This document shows positions 1 to 8,997 of a DNA stretch of 22,174 nt, piece by piece. The translations under genes were made by a program, and so were the position numbers. Location: NCBI GenBank assembly GCA_003135555.1, contig PLCF01000004.1, positions 13,011-35,184 of the forward strand, read 5' to 3'. Each line of letters starts with the position of its first letter. The first letter of the stretch is position 1. The notes beneath the pieces were generated by a model. The model saw only the letters and a list, made by a program, of their open reading frames with translations. It made no database searches and was not told the DNA's origin. Origin of the DNA: Vulcanimicrobiota bacterium (GTDB lineage: Bacteria > Vulcanimicrobiota > Vulcanimicrobiia > Vulcanimicrobiales > Vulcanimicrobiaceae).

Positions 1-270
1 CAGTACAACTCGACGACGGGCGTGCGCGGTCCGAGCAACTACATGACGCTGCTGGTCACGCGGTCCCGCATGGAGGGATTCCTGGTCTTCGACTACGCCG
101 ACCGCTATCCCGAAGCGGCGCGCGAGATGGCGCGCTGGATGCAAGAGGCCCGTCTCAAATCGCAGGAAGAGATCGTGGACGGCTTCGAGACGTTCCCGGA
201 AACCTTGCTGATGCTGTTCCGCGGTGAGAACGTCGGCAAGCTGATGCTGCGGGTCGGCGCCGATGACTGA
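1..270 (+). CDS. NADP-dependent oxidoreductase (MDR superfamily, prostaglandin reductase/CurA-like), C-terminal part; 5' end outside window
   Basis: Frame +1 is open from base 1 (QYNSTTGVRGPSNYMTLLVTRSRMEGFLVFDY...LFRGENVGKLML). This matches the typical C-terminus of the family (xYN..GP..N...RxRMEGF.V.DY; G.N.GKL). Confidence 0.85.
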   Translation, partial: QYNSTTGVRGPSNYMTLLVTRSRMEGFLVFDYADRYPEAAREMARWMQEARLKSQEEIVDGFETFPETLLMLFRGENVGKLMLRVGADD

Positions 271-1024
271 AGGACGCCTAGCCGGCAAGACGATCTTGAT
301 CACCGGCGGCGCGAGCGGGATCGGCTTGGCGACCGCGCAACGTGCGCTGGCCTGTGGCGCGCACGTCGCCATCGGTGACATCGACGTGGCCGCCGGGGAA
401 CGGGCGGCGCGCGAGAACCCCGGGCTGCACTTCGTGCGCCTCGACGTCACCAGCGACGCCAGCTGGATCGCGGCGGTCGAAGACGTGCGGACGCGCTTCC
501 GCGCTCTCGACGGCGTCGTCAACAGCGCCGGGATCTTTCTCGTGGGCGACATCGAAGCCATCTCCGACGAGGACTGGCACCGCACGATGGCGATCAACGT
601 CGACGGCGTCTTCTACGGCTGCCGCCACGCGGTGCGGGCACTCAAGGAGCACGGCGGCTCGATCGTCAACATGTCGTCGGTCAGCGGCATCGTCGGCGGT
701 AACAACGTGGTCGCGTACAATGCGTCCAAAGGCGCGGTGCGCCTGTTGACCAAATCCGTCGCGCTCCATTGTGCCAAGAAGGGTTACGGGATCCGCTGTA
801 ACTCCGTCCACCCCACCTTCGTCGACACCCCGATGTTCACGTCGTCGGTGGGCCTAGCGCGCGAGCCCGAGCGGATCAAGGCGGCGCTGATCGCGCAGGT
901 CCCGCTCGGACGGGTCGCCCAGCCGCGCGAGATCGCGGACCTCATCGTTTACCTGCTCAGCGACGAGTCGGCGTTCGTCACCGGCGCCGAGCTGGTGATC
1001 GACGGCGGCCTGACCGCCCAGTAG
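263..1024 (+). CDS. Short-chain dehydrogenase/reductase (classical SDR, hydroxysteroid/cyclic-alcohol dehydrogenase-like)
   Basis: TGGASGIG Rossmann motif, VNSAG, NMSS, catalytic YNASK, C-terminal VIDGG. The start overlaps the upstream gene by 8 bp. Confidence 0.93.
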   Translation: MTEGRLAGKTILITGGASGIGLATAQRALACGAHVAIGDIDVAAGERAARENPGLHFVRLDVTSDASWIAAVEDVRTRFRALDGVVNSAGIFLVGDIEAISDEDWHRTMAINVDGVFYGCRHAVRALKEHGGSIVNMSSVSGIVGGNNVVAYNASKGAVRLLTKSVALHCAKKGYGIRCNSVHPTFVDTPMFTSSVGLAREPERIKAALIAQVPLGRVAQPREIADLIVYLLSDESAFVTGAELVIDGGLTAQ

Positions 1025-1028
1025 GCGG

Positions 1029-1499
1029 TTAGCGTTCCGCCGGGACGCGGTGCAGCAGCTCGTACGAATCCTCGCGCAGGCCGCGGTACGCGTCCCACGT
1101 CTCGGCGACGAGGAAGCCGGCTCCGGTCGCGATCGCGATCGTCCCGATCGTCGCGACCAGGAGTCCGACGAGGGTGATGATCGGCGCGATCTCGCCGCGT
1201 ACGATCGCGGCGATCCCGCCGCCGAGCAGCTCGGAGAACGTCCCGATCGCAAACGACGCGATCGCGATGTAGAAGGCCGTGAGCGCGCGATTGAGCGCCA
1301 GCGCGCGGCGCGTGACGCGCACCAGCGCCCCCTCGCGGTGCGGCACGTCCGCGTGGTCCTCGATGTAGCGCGCTCGGTCGACCGCGCGGGCGAAACGGTT
1401 CGAGGTCGACAGCACGAGCACGGTCGAGGCGTTCGTCAGCAGCGCCGGCGCCGCGATGAAGGTGAGCAGCTGAAAGGCATTTTGCGTGTCGAGCGCCAT
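1029..1499 (-). CDS. Small integral membrane protein, DUF2721-like
   Basis: 156 aa with three hydrophobic segments. The pattern APALL...L..SNRFARAVDRAR is recalled from DUF2721 proteins. Lies 18 bp downstream of the ABC substrate-binding gene. Confidence 0.7.
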   Translation of the reverse strand: MALDTQNAFQLLTFIAAPALLTNASTVLVLSTSNRFARAVDRARYIEDHADVPHREGALVRVTRRALALNRALTAFYIAIASFAIGTFSELLGGGIAAIVRGEIAPIITLVGLLVATIGTIAIATGAGFLVAETWDAYRGLREDSYELLHRVPAER

Positions 1500-1517
1500 C
1501 GAGTGGTTCGGCCCGGC

Positions 1518-2522
1518 CTAGCTTCCCTTGAGGTTGTAGACCTCGGGGAAGAAGTAGTCTTTCCAGCTGGACGGCTTGTTCTTGATCGTCCCGGCGCGGA
1601 ACATCAGCTCGGCGAACTTCATCGATTGCTGCGGCGCCGTCGAGTAGACGAAGTTCGGATCGCTCATGATCTTCACCAGCTCGTCGACGGTGAGCTTTTC
1701 CTTGGTGTCCTTGAGGTAAAGTTCCGCGGCGTGCCGCCGGTCGTTCTTGATGATGTCCTCCGCTTGCGCCATGGCGGCGAGGAACACGCCGATCAGCTTC
1801 GGGTTCGCGTCGTGGAACTTGGTCGTGGCGAACGAGACGCCGTTCGACGCCGGGCCACCGGTAATGTCGATGGAGTTGAGGACCATGTGTACGCCCGGGA
1901 TCTTCAGCTCTTGGTACTGGTACGGCGGGAGCGAGAAGTGGCCGTTGACGTCTTTGCCCGTTTCCAGCGCGAGCAGCGCGTCGGGGTGGCCCATCGCGAC
2001 GGTGAGCGGGTCGAGCCTGTGCGCTTCGGCGTCACCCCACAGCTTCGAGGCCGCCATTTGCATGACGATCGCCTGCGTCGACACTCGAACGGTCGGTACC
2101 GCGATCTTGTCGGCGGCGCTGAAGTCCTTGAGGGTCTTGACGTTCGGGTCGCGCGAGAGTAGGAACATCGGCAGGGCGCCGTTACCCGCAACGCCGCGAA
2201 CCTCGAGCGGCGTGCCCTTGGTCGCGGACCAGGCCGTCAGCAGGTTTGTCGCTCCGCTGGTGACGATGTCGGCGTTGCCGGAGATCAACGCGTCGACAGC
2301 GGCGCCCCCGCTGTTGAAAACGAGAAAGGTGACCTTGAGATCACCCAGGCCGCGTTTCTTCGCTTCCTTTTCGAGCAAGTGCTCCTGCTCGAGGATCATG
2401 ATCGGCAGATAGACGAGACCGGGCTGTCGCGCGACGCGTATCTCGGTGACCTCGGCGTACGCCGGCGCCGTGACGACGACGGCGAGGATGAGCGCGACGA
2501 TGATGCGGATGAGCGAGCGCAA
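1518..2522 (-). CDS. ABC transporter substrate-binding protein, NitT/TauT (SsuA/THI5-like) family
   Basis: Signal peptide LRSLIRIIVALILAVVVTAPAYA, then IRVARQPGLVYLP...SGGAAVDALISGNAD. Start reassigned to TTG at 2522, 6 nt after an AAGGAGG Shine-Dalgarno (ATG 2540 is the alternative). The 609-aa version in the ORF track runs out of frame through the permease gene. Confidence 0.9.
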   Translation of the reverse strand: MRSLIRIIVALILAVVVTAPAYAEVTEIRVARQPGLVYLPIMILEQEHLLEKEAKKRGLGDLKVTFLVFNSGGAAVDALISGNADIVTSGATNLLTAWSATKGTPLEVRGVAGNGALPMFLLSRDPNVKTLKDFSAADKIAVPTVRVSTQAIVMQMAASKLWGDAEAHRLDPLTVAMGHPDALLALETGKDVNGHFSLPPYQYQELKIPGVHMVLNSIDITGGPASNGVSFATTKFHDANPKLIGVFLAAMAQAEDIIKNDRRHAAELYLKDTKEKLTVDELVKIMSDPNFVYSTAPQQSMKFAELMFRAGTIKNKPSSWKDYFFPEVYNLKGS

Positions 2523-2563
2523 AGCGTACCTCCTTGACATGCGTGATTGGTGCGGGGCGGTCT

Positions 2564-3451
2564 CTACGACGTCGCCATACCCCAGCGGCGAATCGTGCGG
2601 GTCTCGATGCTGCGAAAGATGACGTTTTCGACCAGCAGTCCGATGATGATCACGGTGAGCAATCCGGCGAAGACGTTCGGGATGTCGAGAATGTTCTTGT
2701 TGTTGACGATGAACCAGCCGAGTCCGCCGCTGCCGGACTGCGCGCCGAAAATCAGCTCCGCGGCGATGAGCGTGCGCCAAGCGAACGCCCAGCCGATCTT
2801 CAACCCGGTCAAGATGCTGGGGAATGCGGCCGGAATCAGGATCTGCGCGACGTAGCGAAGACCGCGCAGCCCGTAGTTCTTGCCGACCATGCGCAGCGTC
2901 AGGGACACGGAGACGAAGCCGGAATGCGTATTGAGCGCGACGGGCCACAGGACCGAGTGGATCAGCACAAACGAGAGGCTGAGCGGCGTGAGGCCGAACC
3001 AGATGAGAGCCAGCGGGAGCAGCGCGATCGCCGGCAGCGGAATGAACATCGCCGTCAGCGTCTCGAGCAGATCCGAGCCGATGCGCGTCGTCGTGGCGAA
3101 GGTCGTAAGCGCAGCGGCGATCGCGATGCCGGAAGCATAGCCCACGAGCAAGACTTTGACCGAAACCCAGACCTTGGGCAGCAGTTCGCCGCTGATCACC
3201 GCGGTGACGAACGCCTGGACCGTCGCGCTGAACGTCGGCACGAGCAGCTGATTGTTCAGGTGGCGCGCATAGATCTCCCAGATGAGCGCGAGGACCACCA
3301 GGATCGCGACCTTGCGCAAAACCGTATTGTTGGCGACGGTTTCCCACGTCGACAGCGGCTTCGTCGCGATCGCGAAGTCACTGGCATCGACCGTCGCCGC
3401 CAGCCGCTCGGGGCGGTCCGCCAGCGTCGCGGGACGCTCAGGCGCGCGCAA
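2564..3451 (-). CDS. ABC transporter permease, NitT/TauT family
   Basis: PLPAIALLPLALIWFG, EAA-like loop, ILTGLKIGWAFAWRTLIAAELIFG, GGLGWFI. Probable TTG start at 3451 preceded by GGAGG, overlapping the end of the ATPase gene. Confidence 0.9.
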   Translation of the reverse strand: MRAPERPATLADRPERLAATVDASDFAIATKPLSTWETVANNTVLRKVAILVVLALIWEIYARHLNNQLLVPTFSATVQAFVTAVISGELLPKVWVSVKVLLVGYASGIAIAAALTTFATTTRIGSDLLETLTAMFIPLPAIALLPLALIWFGLTPLSLSFVLIHSVLWPVALNTHSGFVSVSLTLRMVGKNYGLRGLRYVAQILIPAAFPSILTGLKIGWAFAWRTLIAAELIFGAQSGSGGLGWFIVNNKNILDIPNVFAGLLTVIIIGLLVENVIFRSIETRTIRRWGMATS

Positions 3452-4220
3452 CGATCGCCTCCACCGGTTCGGTGAACAGCATTTCGTGGATCCGCTCCTC
3501 GAGGACGCGTGCTTCGTCGGGACTCGCACCGCTGCGCGGCACGCTATTGAGCTCGGCCTTCACTTGGCCCGGGTGCGACGAGAGCAGCAAGATGCGGCTG
3601 CCGACCTTGATGGCTTCGGCGATCGAGTGCGTGACGAAGATCATCGTGAAACCGATCTCGTCCCACAGCTCGAGCAGCTCGTCTTGCATCTTGCGGCGCG
3701 TGAGCGCGTCGAGCGCGGCGAAGGGCTCGTCCATGAGCAAGATGTCGGGCTCCATCGCCATCGCGCGCGCGATCGCGACGCGCTGCTTCATCCCGCCCGA
3801 CAGCGTGTGCGGGTACTGGTCGGCACAGCGCGTCAGGTTGACCTTGTCGATGTAGGTACGCGCGCGTTCGGCGGCCTCGGCCGCCGGGATGCCGCCGTTC
3901 ACCCGCATCGGAAACATCACGTTCTCCCGCACGGTCTTCCAAGGTAAGAGCTGATCGAACTCCTGGAATACCATCATGCGGTCGGGACCGGGCTGGCGGA
4001 TCACCTCGCCCTTGAGGCGGATCTCGCCCTCCGTCGGCGCCATGTAGCCGCCGACGGCCTTGAGGAGCGTGGACTTGCCGCAGCCCGACGGGCCGAGCAC
4101 CACGTACCGCTCGGCCGCAAAGACCTGGAAGCCTACGCGATACGTGGCCGTCACCAGATGATCGCGCGTCTTGTATTGGAGCGTGACATCCGAGACGTCC
4201 AGCAACGGACGCTCCATCAT
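3438..4220 (-). CDS. ABC transporter ATP-binding protein, NitT/TauT family
   Basis: Walker A GPSGCGKST, Q-loop VFQE, signature LSGGMKQR, Walker B LLMDEPF, H-loop VTHS. Start at ATG 4220 or 4217 (MMERPLLDV). Confidence 0.95.
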   Translation of the reverse strand: MMERPLLDVSDVTLQYKTRDHLVTATYRVGFQVFAAERYVVLGPSGCGKSTLLKAVGGYMAPTEGEIRLKGEVIRQPGPDRMMVFQEFDQLLPWKTVRENVMFPMRVNGGIPAAEAAERARTYIDKVNLTRCADQYPHTLSGGMKQRVAIARAMAMEPDILLMDEPFAALDALTRRKMQDELLELWDEIGFTMIFVTHSIAEAIKVGSRILLLSSHPGQVKAELNSVPRSGASPDEARVLEERIHEMLFTEPVEAIVARA

Positions 4221-4249
4221 GGCCGGAGGGATTACCCCAGCCCGGCCAT

Positions 4250-5926
4250 TCACCTCCGGGCGGCAGATTCGTGCGCTTGCGCGCGGATCTCGCGCAACGT
4301 CGTGCGCGGCGTGATGAGGTCGGGATCGGTGCGCAGCTCGATGAGCGCGGGCCGCCCGGCGGCGAGCGCGGCGTCGAAGGCGGCGCCGAAGTCCTCGGTC
4401 CGTTCGACCAGGGCGCCGTGCGCGCCGAAGGCGCGGGCGTAGGCGACGAAGTCCGGGTTGAGCAGGTCGGTCCCGACGACGCGGCCGGGGTATGCACGCT
4501 CTTGATGCATGCGGATCGTACCGTACATCCCGTTGTTCACGACCAGCGTAACGACGTTCGCACCGTATTGCACCGCCGTCGCGAGCTCCGCGCCGTTCAT
4601 CAGAAAGCACCCGTCACCGGCGAAGGCGACGACGATGCGTTCGGGCCGTCGCAGCTTGATGCCGATCGCGGCCGGGAAACCGTAGCCCATCGCTCCGGCC
4701 GTCGGGCCGAACTGCGTACCATACCGTTTGTAGCGGAAGAAGCGGTGCAGCCAGGTGTTGTAGTTGCCGGCGCCGTTGCAGACGATCGCGTCTTCGGGGA
4801 GGCGTTCGTCGAGCCAGCGCACGACGTGCGCGAGGTCGAGCGCCGCCCGCGGCGCCCCCGGATCGAGCGCCGCCTCGTAGTCGCGACGGGCCTCGAGCGT
4901 CGCCGCGCTCCACGCCGGTGCGGCGATCGGTTCGAGCGCATCGAGCGCGCGAGCGAACTCGGCCGGGCCGGCGTTGATCGCGAGGTCGGCCTGGAACACG
5001 CGACCGAGCTCGTCGGGATCGGCGTGGACGTGGACCAAGCGCTGCTTGGGTCGCGGCGCCTCGATGAGCGTGTAGCCGCTGGTCGGGATCTCACCCAAAC
5101 GGTCCCCGACGGCGAGGATCAAATCGGCGTCGCGGACGCGCGCCGCGAGCGCCGGATTCGGGCCGACCCCGAGATCGCCGGCGTACCGCGGGTCGCGGTT
5201 GTCGAAGAGCTCCTGGCGCCTGAACGTGCACGCGGTCGGAAGCTCGTTGCGCTCGGCGAAGCGTCGGATCGCGTCGCAGGCGGCTTCGTCCCAGCCGCTG
5301 CCGCCCAGGATCATGAGCGGACGGTGCGCCGCGGCGAGCAGCGCGCGCATTCGAGCGAGCTCGCCCGAACCGGGATGCGCCGCGGTTCGGACGGCCGGCG
5401 CCAAGTCGGCAACGTCGACCTCGTCTCGCAGCATGTCCTCGGGAAGCGCGAGGACGACCGGGCCCGGGCGCCCGGACATCGCGACGTGAAACGCTCGCGC
5501 GACCAGCTCGGGGATGCGTCGCGCGTCGTCGATCTCGGCGGCCCACTTCGCAAGGCCGCCGAAGACCTGCGCGTAGTCGAGCTCTTGGAACGCTTCGCGC
5601 CCGCGCATCCCGCGCGCGACCTGCCCGACGAACAAGACCATCGGGGTCGAATCCTGGCGAGCGATGTGAACGCCGATGCTCGCGTGCGTCGCGCCGGGTC
5701 CGCGGGTCACGAAGGCGACCCCCGGTCTGCCGTCGAGCTTTCCGGACGCTTCGGCCATGTGCGCCGCGGCCGCCTCGTGGCGGCACGCGATCACGCGTAT
5801 CGCCGGCGTGTCGTATAAGGCGTCGAGTACGGCGACGTAGCTTTCGCCGGGGACGCAGAAGACGGTGTCGACGCCGTTTGCCGCGAGCGCGTCGACGACC
5901 ACCCGGCCGCCGGATCGTTGAGACAT
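4250..5926 (-). CDS. Thiamine-diphosphate-dependent enzyme (acetolactate-synthase-large-subunit-like family)
   Basis: FCVPGESY, RHEAAA (catalytic Glu), VTRGPGATHA, AFQE, GRPGPVVL, GAMGYG, ThDP motif GDG...NN. Start at ATG 5926 (MSQRSGG). Confidence 0.92.
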   Translation of the reverse strand: MSQRSGGRVVVDALAANGVDTVFCVPGESYVAVLDALYDTPAIRVIACRHEAAAAHMAEASGKLDGRPGVAFVTRGPGATHASIGVHIARQDSTPMVLFVGQVARGMRGREAFQELDYAQVFGGLAKWAAEIDDARRIPELVARAFHVAMSGRPGPVVLALPEDMLRDEVDVADLAPAVRTAAHPGSGELARMRALLAAAHRPLMILGGSGWDEAACDAIRRFAERNELPTACTFRRQELFDNRDPRYAGDLGVGPNPALAARVRDADLILAVGDRLGEIPTSGYTLIEAPRPKQRLVHVHADPDELGRVFQADLAINAGPAEFARALDALEPIAAPAWSAATLEARRDYEAALDPGAPRAALDLAHVVRWLDERLPEDAIVCNGAGNYNTWLHRFFRYKRYGTQFGPTAGAMGYGFPAAIGIKLRRPERIVVAFAGDGCFLMNGAELATAVQYGANVVTLVVNNGMYGTIRMHQERAYPGRVVGTDLLNPDFVAYARAFGAHGALVERTEDFGAAFDAALAAGRPALIELRTDPDLITPRTTLREIRAQAHESAARR

Positions 5927-6021
5927 GAGCCTGCCTGGTCCGGCGCCACGCGCACGACGTCCTCCCGGAGAGCGCTGGGAAAGCAAGAGGGCGCCGCGAG
6001 CCGCGCTCCTAAGGTGGCCTC

Positions 6022-6807
6022 ATGAAGACTGAGGTTGCGACGCAGCACTGGTTGCGTTACGAGCACGCCGGTTCGACCGCGTTCGGCACGCTCGAGGGAA
6101 GCACGATCACCCGTTACGCCGGTGAGATGTTCGCCGCGCCGCAGCCGACCGCCGAGCGCGTGCCGCTCGACGCCGTAACGCTGTTGCCGCCGACCGAGCC
6201 CAGCAAGATGATCGGGCTGTGGAACAACTTCGCGGCGCTGGGGGTGAAGCTCGGCCTCGGCGTGCCCGAGGATCCGCTGTACTTCATCAAGGGCAACAAC
6301 GCGTTCGCGGCGAGCGGGCAGACCATTCGTAAGCCGCCGTTCTACGACGGGCGGGTGGTCTTCGAAGCCGAGCTGGGCATCGTGATCGGCAAGCGTTGCG
6401 CGGGCGCGGACGAGGACGAGGCGAACGCGGCGATCTTCGGCTACACCTGCGTCAACGACGTCACCGCATTCGACGTGCTCAACAAAGACGCGTCCTTCGC
6501 GCAGTGGACGCGCGCCAAGAGCTACGATACGTTCGGCGTGTTCGGCCCCGTCGTCGCAACCGGCCTCGATCCCGATACGCTCGTGATCCGCGCGCTGCTC
6601 GACGGCGAGGAGCGGCAGAACTACCCGGCCGCCGACATGCTCATCAAGCCGGCGCGGCTGGTCAGCTTGATCTCGCGCGACATGACGCTCGTCCCCGGCG
6701 ACATCATCGCGTGCGGAACCTCGATCGGGGCCGGGAAGATGAAGCCCGGCAGCACCATCGAGGTCGCGATCGACGGGATCGGCACGCTGCGCAACCGGTT
6801 CGAATAG
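6022..6807 (+). CDS. Fumarylacetoacetate hydrolase (FAH) family protein
   Basis: PTEPSKMIGLWNN, FEAELGIVIG, GYTCVNDVTA, WTRAKSYDTF, PGDIIACGT. Preceded by AAGGTGG. Confidence 0.92.
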   Translation: MKTEVATQHWLRYEHAGSTAFGTLEGSTITRYAGEMFAAPQPTAERVPLDAVTLLPPTEPSKMIGLWNNFAALGVKLGLGVPEDPLYFIKGNNAFAASGQTIRKPPFYDGRVVFEAELGIVIGKRCAGADEDEANAAIFGYTCVNDVTAFDVLNKDASFAQWTRAKSYDTFGVFGPVVATGLDPDTLVIRALLDGEERQNYPAADMLIKPARLVSLISRDMTLVPGDIIACGTSIGAGKMKPGSTIEVAIDGIGTLRNRFE

Positions 6808-6817
6808 AGGATTTTGC

Positions 6818-7810
6818 GTGCGTATTTGCATCATCGGTGCCGGCGCGATCGGCGGCATGCTCGGAGCACGGCTGGCGCTGGCGGGCGAGTCGGTCACCTT
6901 CGTCGAGAAAAACGCCGAGCACGCCCACGCGATCAGAACGCACGGCTTGCGGCTCGAGGCCGACGGCGACGCCGTGGTGGCAACCAACATCGACGTCACC
7001 GACGACTTGGGCGCGCCGGGCCCGCAAGATCTCGTCATCATCGCGGTCAAAGCGCATCAGATCCCGCTGCTCTTGCCGGACATCCGCAAGCTCTTCGGCC
7101 CGCAAACCATGGTCATGACGGTGCAGAACGGGGTGCCGTGGTGGTACTTCTACAAGCAGGGCGGACCGTTCGACGGGCGGCGCATCGAGGCGGTCGATCC
7201 CAACGGCGTCATCGACGCGGCCATCGAGCACGAGCGCATCATCGGGTGCGTCGTCTATCCCGCCGGCGAGGTGACGGCACCAGGCGTCATCCACGTGGTC
7301 GAGGGGAACCGCTTCTCGGTCGGCGAGCTCGACGGCGCGCACAGCGAGCGCGTCGAAGCGCTCGCGGCGATGCTCGTGCGGGCCGGCTTCAAGTCGTTCG
7401 TCCTCGACGACATTCGCTCCGAGATCTGGCTCAAGCTGTGGGGCAACCTGTCGTTCAACCCGATCAGCGCGCTGACGCGCGCGACCTTGGCGGCGATCTG
7501 CCGCGATCCGGGGACGCGCGCGCTCGCGGCCGACATGATGCGCGAAGCGCAGCAGATCGCCGAGACGCTCGGCATCACGTTCCGGCACACCATCGAGAAG
7601 CGGATCGCCGGCGCCGAAGCGGTCGGCGAGCACAAGACCTCGATGCTGCAGGACGTCGAGGCCGGGCGAACGCTCGAGATCGAGGCGCTCGTCGGCGCCG
7701 TCGTCGAGCTGGGCCGGCTCACCGAGACGCCGACGCCGCACATCGAATCGGTGTACGCCTGCGTCAAAGCGCTCGAGGTGTCGCGCTCGCGCCGTCCGGT
7801 CCCCGCCTGA
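6818..7810 (+). CDS. Ketopantoate reductase (PanE/ApbA) family oxidoreductase, 'QNGxPWWYF' clade
   Basis: IIGAGAIGG, AVKAH, QNGVPWWYF, WLKLWGNLSFNP, KTSMLQDVEAGR, LEIE. GTG start after GAGG, 10 bp after the FAH stop. Confidence 0.9.
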   Translation: MRICIIGAGAIGGMLGARLALAGESVTFVEKNAEHAHAIRTHGLRLEADGDAVVATNIDVTDDLGAPGPQDLVIIAVKAHQIPLLLPDIRKLFGPQTMVMTVQNGVPWWYFYKQGGPFDGRRIEAVDPNGVIDAAIEHERIIGCVVYPAGEVTAPGVIHVVEGNRFSVGELDGAHSERVEALAAMLVRAGFKSFVLDDIRSEIWLKLWGNLSFNPISALTRATLAAICRDPGTRALAADMMREAQQIAETLGITFRHTIEKRIAGAEAVGEHKTSMLQDVEAGRTLEIEALVGAVVELGRLTETPTPHIESVYACVKALEVSRSRRPVPA

Positions 7811-7832
7811 ACGAGGTTTGCGCGTTGCGCGA

Positions 7833-8747
7833 ATGGTGACGGGCCAGTCGGGCATCTTCGCGCTCGGCGACGCTGCGCACGGGTTCTTCGAGTTTCGCGC
7901 TCGCCCCGGCGTCGATGCCGCCGCGCTGGTCCGCGCGGTCGCCGATCTGCGGCCGCCGCACACGACGGTCGGGGGTGTGAACCTGGTGGTCGGTTTTCGC
8001 CCCGAGCTGTGGCGCGCGGCGGCGCCCGCCGAGGCACCGGCGGAGGTGACGGGTTTCAATGCCGAGGTGCGCGGGGCGGACGGGTACGCGATGCCCGCGT
8101 CCCAGGCCGACGTCTGGGTGTGGTTTGCCGCCGCCGCGTACGACATCGTCTTCGACCTGGGCCACGCGACGGTCGAGGAACTTGCCGGTGTCGCGACGCT
8201 GGTGCGCGAGCAGACGGGCTGGTCGTATCGCCACAGCCGCGATCTGACCGGGTTCGAAGACGGTACCGAGAACCCAACCCTCTACGAAGCGCCCGAGATC
8301 GCGCTGATCGCCGACGGTGCTCCGGGCGCGGGCGGCAGCGTTCTGCTCTTCCAGCAATGGCGCCACGACGCCGTAGCCTGGAACGCGCTGCCGCAGCCGG
8401 CTCAAGAGAAGATCATCGGCCGCACCAAACCCGAAAGCACCGAGTTCGCCGACGACGCCATGCCGCGCGACTCGCACGTGGCGCGCACGAAGGTTCATCG
8501 CGGCGGCGAAGAGCTCAAGATCTTCCGGCGCAACGTTCCCTACGGCACGGTCAGCGAGCACGGCACGCTTTTCATCGGTTTCAGCGCCGAACAGGGGCGC
8601 ATGCAGCGCATGCTCGAGCAGATGGCAGGGGCCGACGGCGGACCGCGCGACGCCCTTACGCGCTTCAGCACGCCGCTCACCGGCGCGTATTACTTCGTGC
8701 CCTCGATCCAGGCGCTGCGGTGCTTCACGACCGCCGAGGAAGGTTGA
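7833..8747 (+). CDS. Dyp-type (dye-decolorizing) heme peroxidase
   Basis: DLTGFEDGTENP (GxxDG), IIGRTK, proximal His in DSHVAR, IFRRNVPYG, GAYYFVPS. Start at ATG 7833 (TTG 7818 is the alternative). Confidence 0.92.
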   Translation: MVTGQSGIFALGDAAHGFFEFRARPGVDAAALVRAVADLRPPHTTVGGVNLVVGFRPELWRAAAPAEAPAEVTGFNAEVRGADGYAMPASQADVWVWFAAAAYDIVFDLGHATVEELAGVATLVREQTGWSYRHSRDLTGFEDGTENPTLYEAPEIALIADGAPGAGGSVLLFQQWRHDAVAWNALPQPAQEKIIGRTKPESTEFADDAMPRDSHVARTKVHRGGEELKIFRRNVPYGTVSEHGTLFIGFSAEQGRMQRMLEQMAGADGGPRDALTRFSTPLTGAYYFVPSIQALRCFTTAEEG

Positions 8748-8754
8748 GGGGCGC

Positions 8755-8997
8755 TCAGCCCGCGGGGCGCGCCACGTACCGGTAGGTCCCCGAAACCCAT
8801 TCGCACCGGCTGCCGTCGCGCATCACGAAGGACTCGCACCCGTCGACCTCTGCGTTGAAGTCGCCGTTGTGCGCCTTGGTGCGCGGCCAATCGACGTCGG
8901 CGTGACCGCGCGCCGCCGCCCGCGCTTTGGAGTTCGAGAACTGCGACGACCCCGCCAGCGCGTTGAGCTCGCGGGCTAGTCCCTGCGCTTGCGTCAT
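8755..8997 (-). CDS. Hypothetical 80-aa protein coupled to the transketolase C-terminal gene
   Basis: ATG at 8997 overlaps the transketolase TGA stop (ATGA overlap). The ORF MTQAQGLARELNALAG...WVSGTYRYVARPAG fills the gap up to the convergent DyP stop. No family recognised. Confidence 0.65.
   Translation of the reverse strand: MTQAQGLARELNALAGSSQFSNSKARAAARGHADVDWPRTKAHNGDFNAEVDGCESFVMRDGSRCEWVSGTYRYVARPAG

Noticed and set aside
2523..3347. Apparent 609-aa substrate-binding fusion protein, and similar N-terminal extensions on 3438..4610, 13851..14996 and 17615..18913
   Set aside because: The extensions overlap neighbouring genes out of frame. Better-placed internal starts exist, several with a clear RBS and one followed by a signal peptide.
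1050..8146. Long alternative-frame or antisense ORFs (e.g. 1050..2162, 2534..3475, 4271..5818, 5791..7050, 6704..8146) and similar ones elsewhere in the window
   Set aside because: They are Arg/Ala/Pro-rich shadows of well-supported genes, expected in high-GC DNA, and carry no recognisable motifs.
8690..8747. DyP peroxidase as encapsulin cargo
   Set aside because: No C-terminal targeting peptide (GSLxIGSL-like) after the catalytic domain, and no encapsulin gene nearby.
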